A stretch of DNA of 64,000 bases from positions 1-64,000 of the forward strand of contig JYFJ02001507.1 of NCBI GenBank assembly GCA_000934665.2, written 5' to 3'. The notes beneath the pieces were generated by a model. It made no database searches. It was not told where the DNA came from and saw only the letters and a list, made by a program, of their open reading frames with translations. This DNA comes from Catajapyx aquilonaris (taxonomy: Eukaryota). Below, in pieces: positions 63,265 to 64,000 of the stretch (positions within the stretch are counted from its first letter, which is position 1; each line of letters opens with the position of its first letter). The position numbers and the translations under genes were made by a program.

Positions 63265-64000
63265 GTATTAACATCATAAAATGTGAGGAAATTCTGAAAA
63301 GTTCTGAGAGATGAGTATATGTTAATAACACTTCTTGGCTTACAAAAAGGGCTTGTAACCTTTATTACAAAATGAAAAATTAATTACTGTACAGTGATAA
63401 TTTGTTCGTTCTTGAAACGTGCAATCATTACAACGAAAATCATCACAACAAAAAGGACACGTACGGTTTTTAAATAAGTCACAAAATTGGATGGATGTGG
63501 TGTGTTGTGCAATTTTACACAAACAAACCATCAACATTTGGCAAATTCATCGGTGATCATCATGTCTGGTTGTGATGTAAACAGGTCGAAAACATTCCTG
63601 TTCGTCAACGTTTGAAAAAAGTTCTCACTATATGTGCACACCTGTGAAAAGTTATTGAAATAAACATTCTTCATATCGTAACAACCGTTTTTAACGTTAA
63701 CCCTTTGAAACTCATACCGGAAAACATTACGTGCTATTTTTTTGGTCATAGGCATTTGATATGTGACTTATCACATATGTACAGCGTTCCAACGTCACAT
63801 AAACATGTGGCAGTGATTTGGCAACGTATCTTTTGTAGTTAAAGCCAAACTTAAACACTATCGGGAATGATAGTTCAAAAATTTCTAACTGCCTGAGAGA
63901 CTAGAATTCGATGACTAGTTACCAGTACCGTATTGAAAAAGAGTCTACTGGAATGTCGTTTAAAATTTAGTTTCAAAAATTGAGGATTTCAAATACTGCG

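Noticed and set aside
63340..63755. Cys-rich minus-strand ORFs near the window end
   Set aside because: No recognisable domain or consistent splice model. They may belong to a feature beyond the window.

Overview
This is gene-dense metazoan genomic DNA, not prokaryotic. It is probably from an invertebrate, possibly an arthropod, with many 50-80 nt GT-AG introns. I manually spliced 13 protein-coding genes: two tandem LIV-1/ZIP8-14-type metal transporters (+), BBS2 (-), HADHB (-), MTG1 (+), a secreted GMC oxidoreductase (-), a secreted TGF-beta-prodomain-like protein with no intact ligand domain (+), CDC14 (-), a ZIP1/2/3-type transporter (-), CZIB/C1orf123 (+), MYG1 (-), a ZNF318-like matrin zinc-finger gene (+) and KPTN (-). 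Also present are a degenerate PIF1/Helitron helicase fragment, three tRNA-derived SINEs with target-site duplications, several MITEs and about 30-32 bp minisatellites. The most notable observations are four. (1) A Tc1/mariner-type MITE whose two 142-bp inverted arms appear to supply the first exon and splice donor for the divergent ZIP and CZIB genes. (2) HADHB nested on the same strand inside a BBS2 intron. (3) The prodomain-only TGF-beta-like gene. (4) An AT-AC U12 intron in MTG1. All gene identities come from recalled family motifs, not from database searches.
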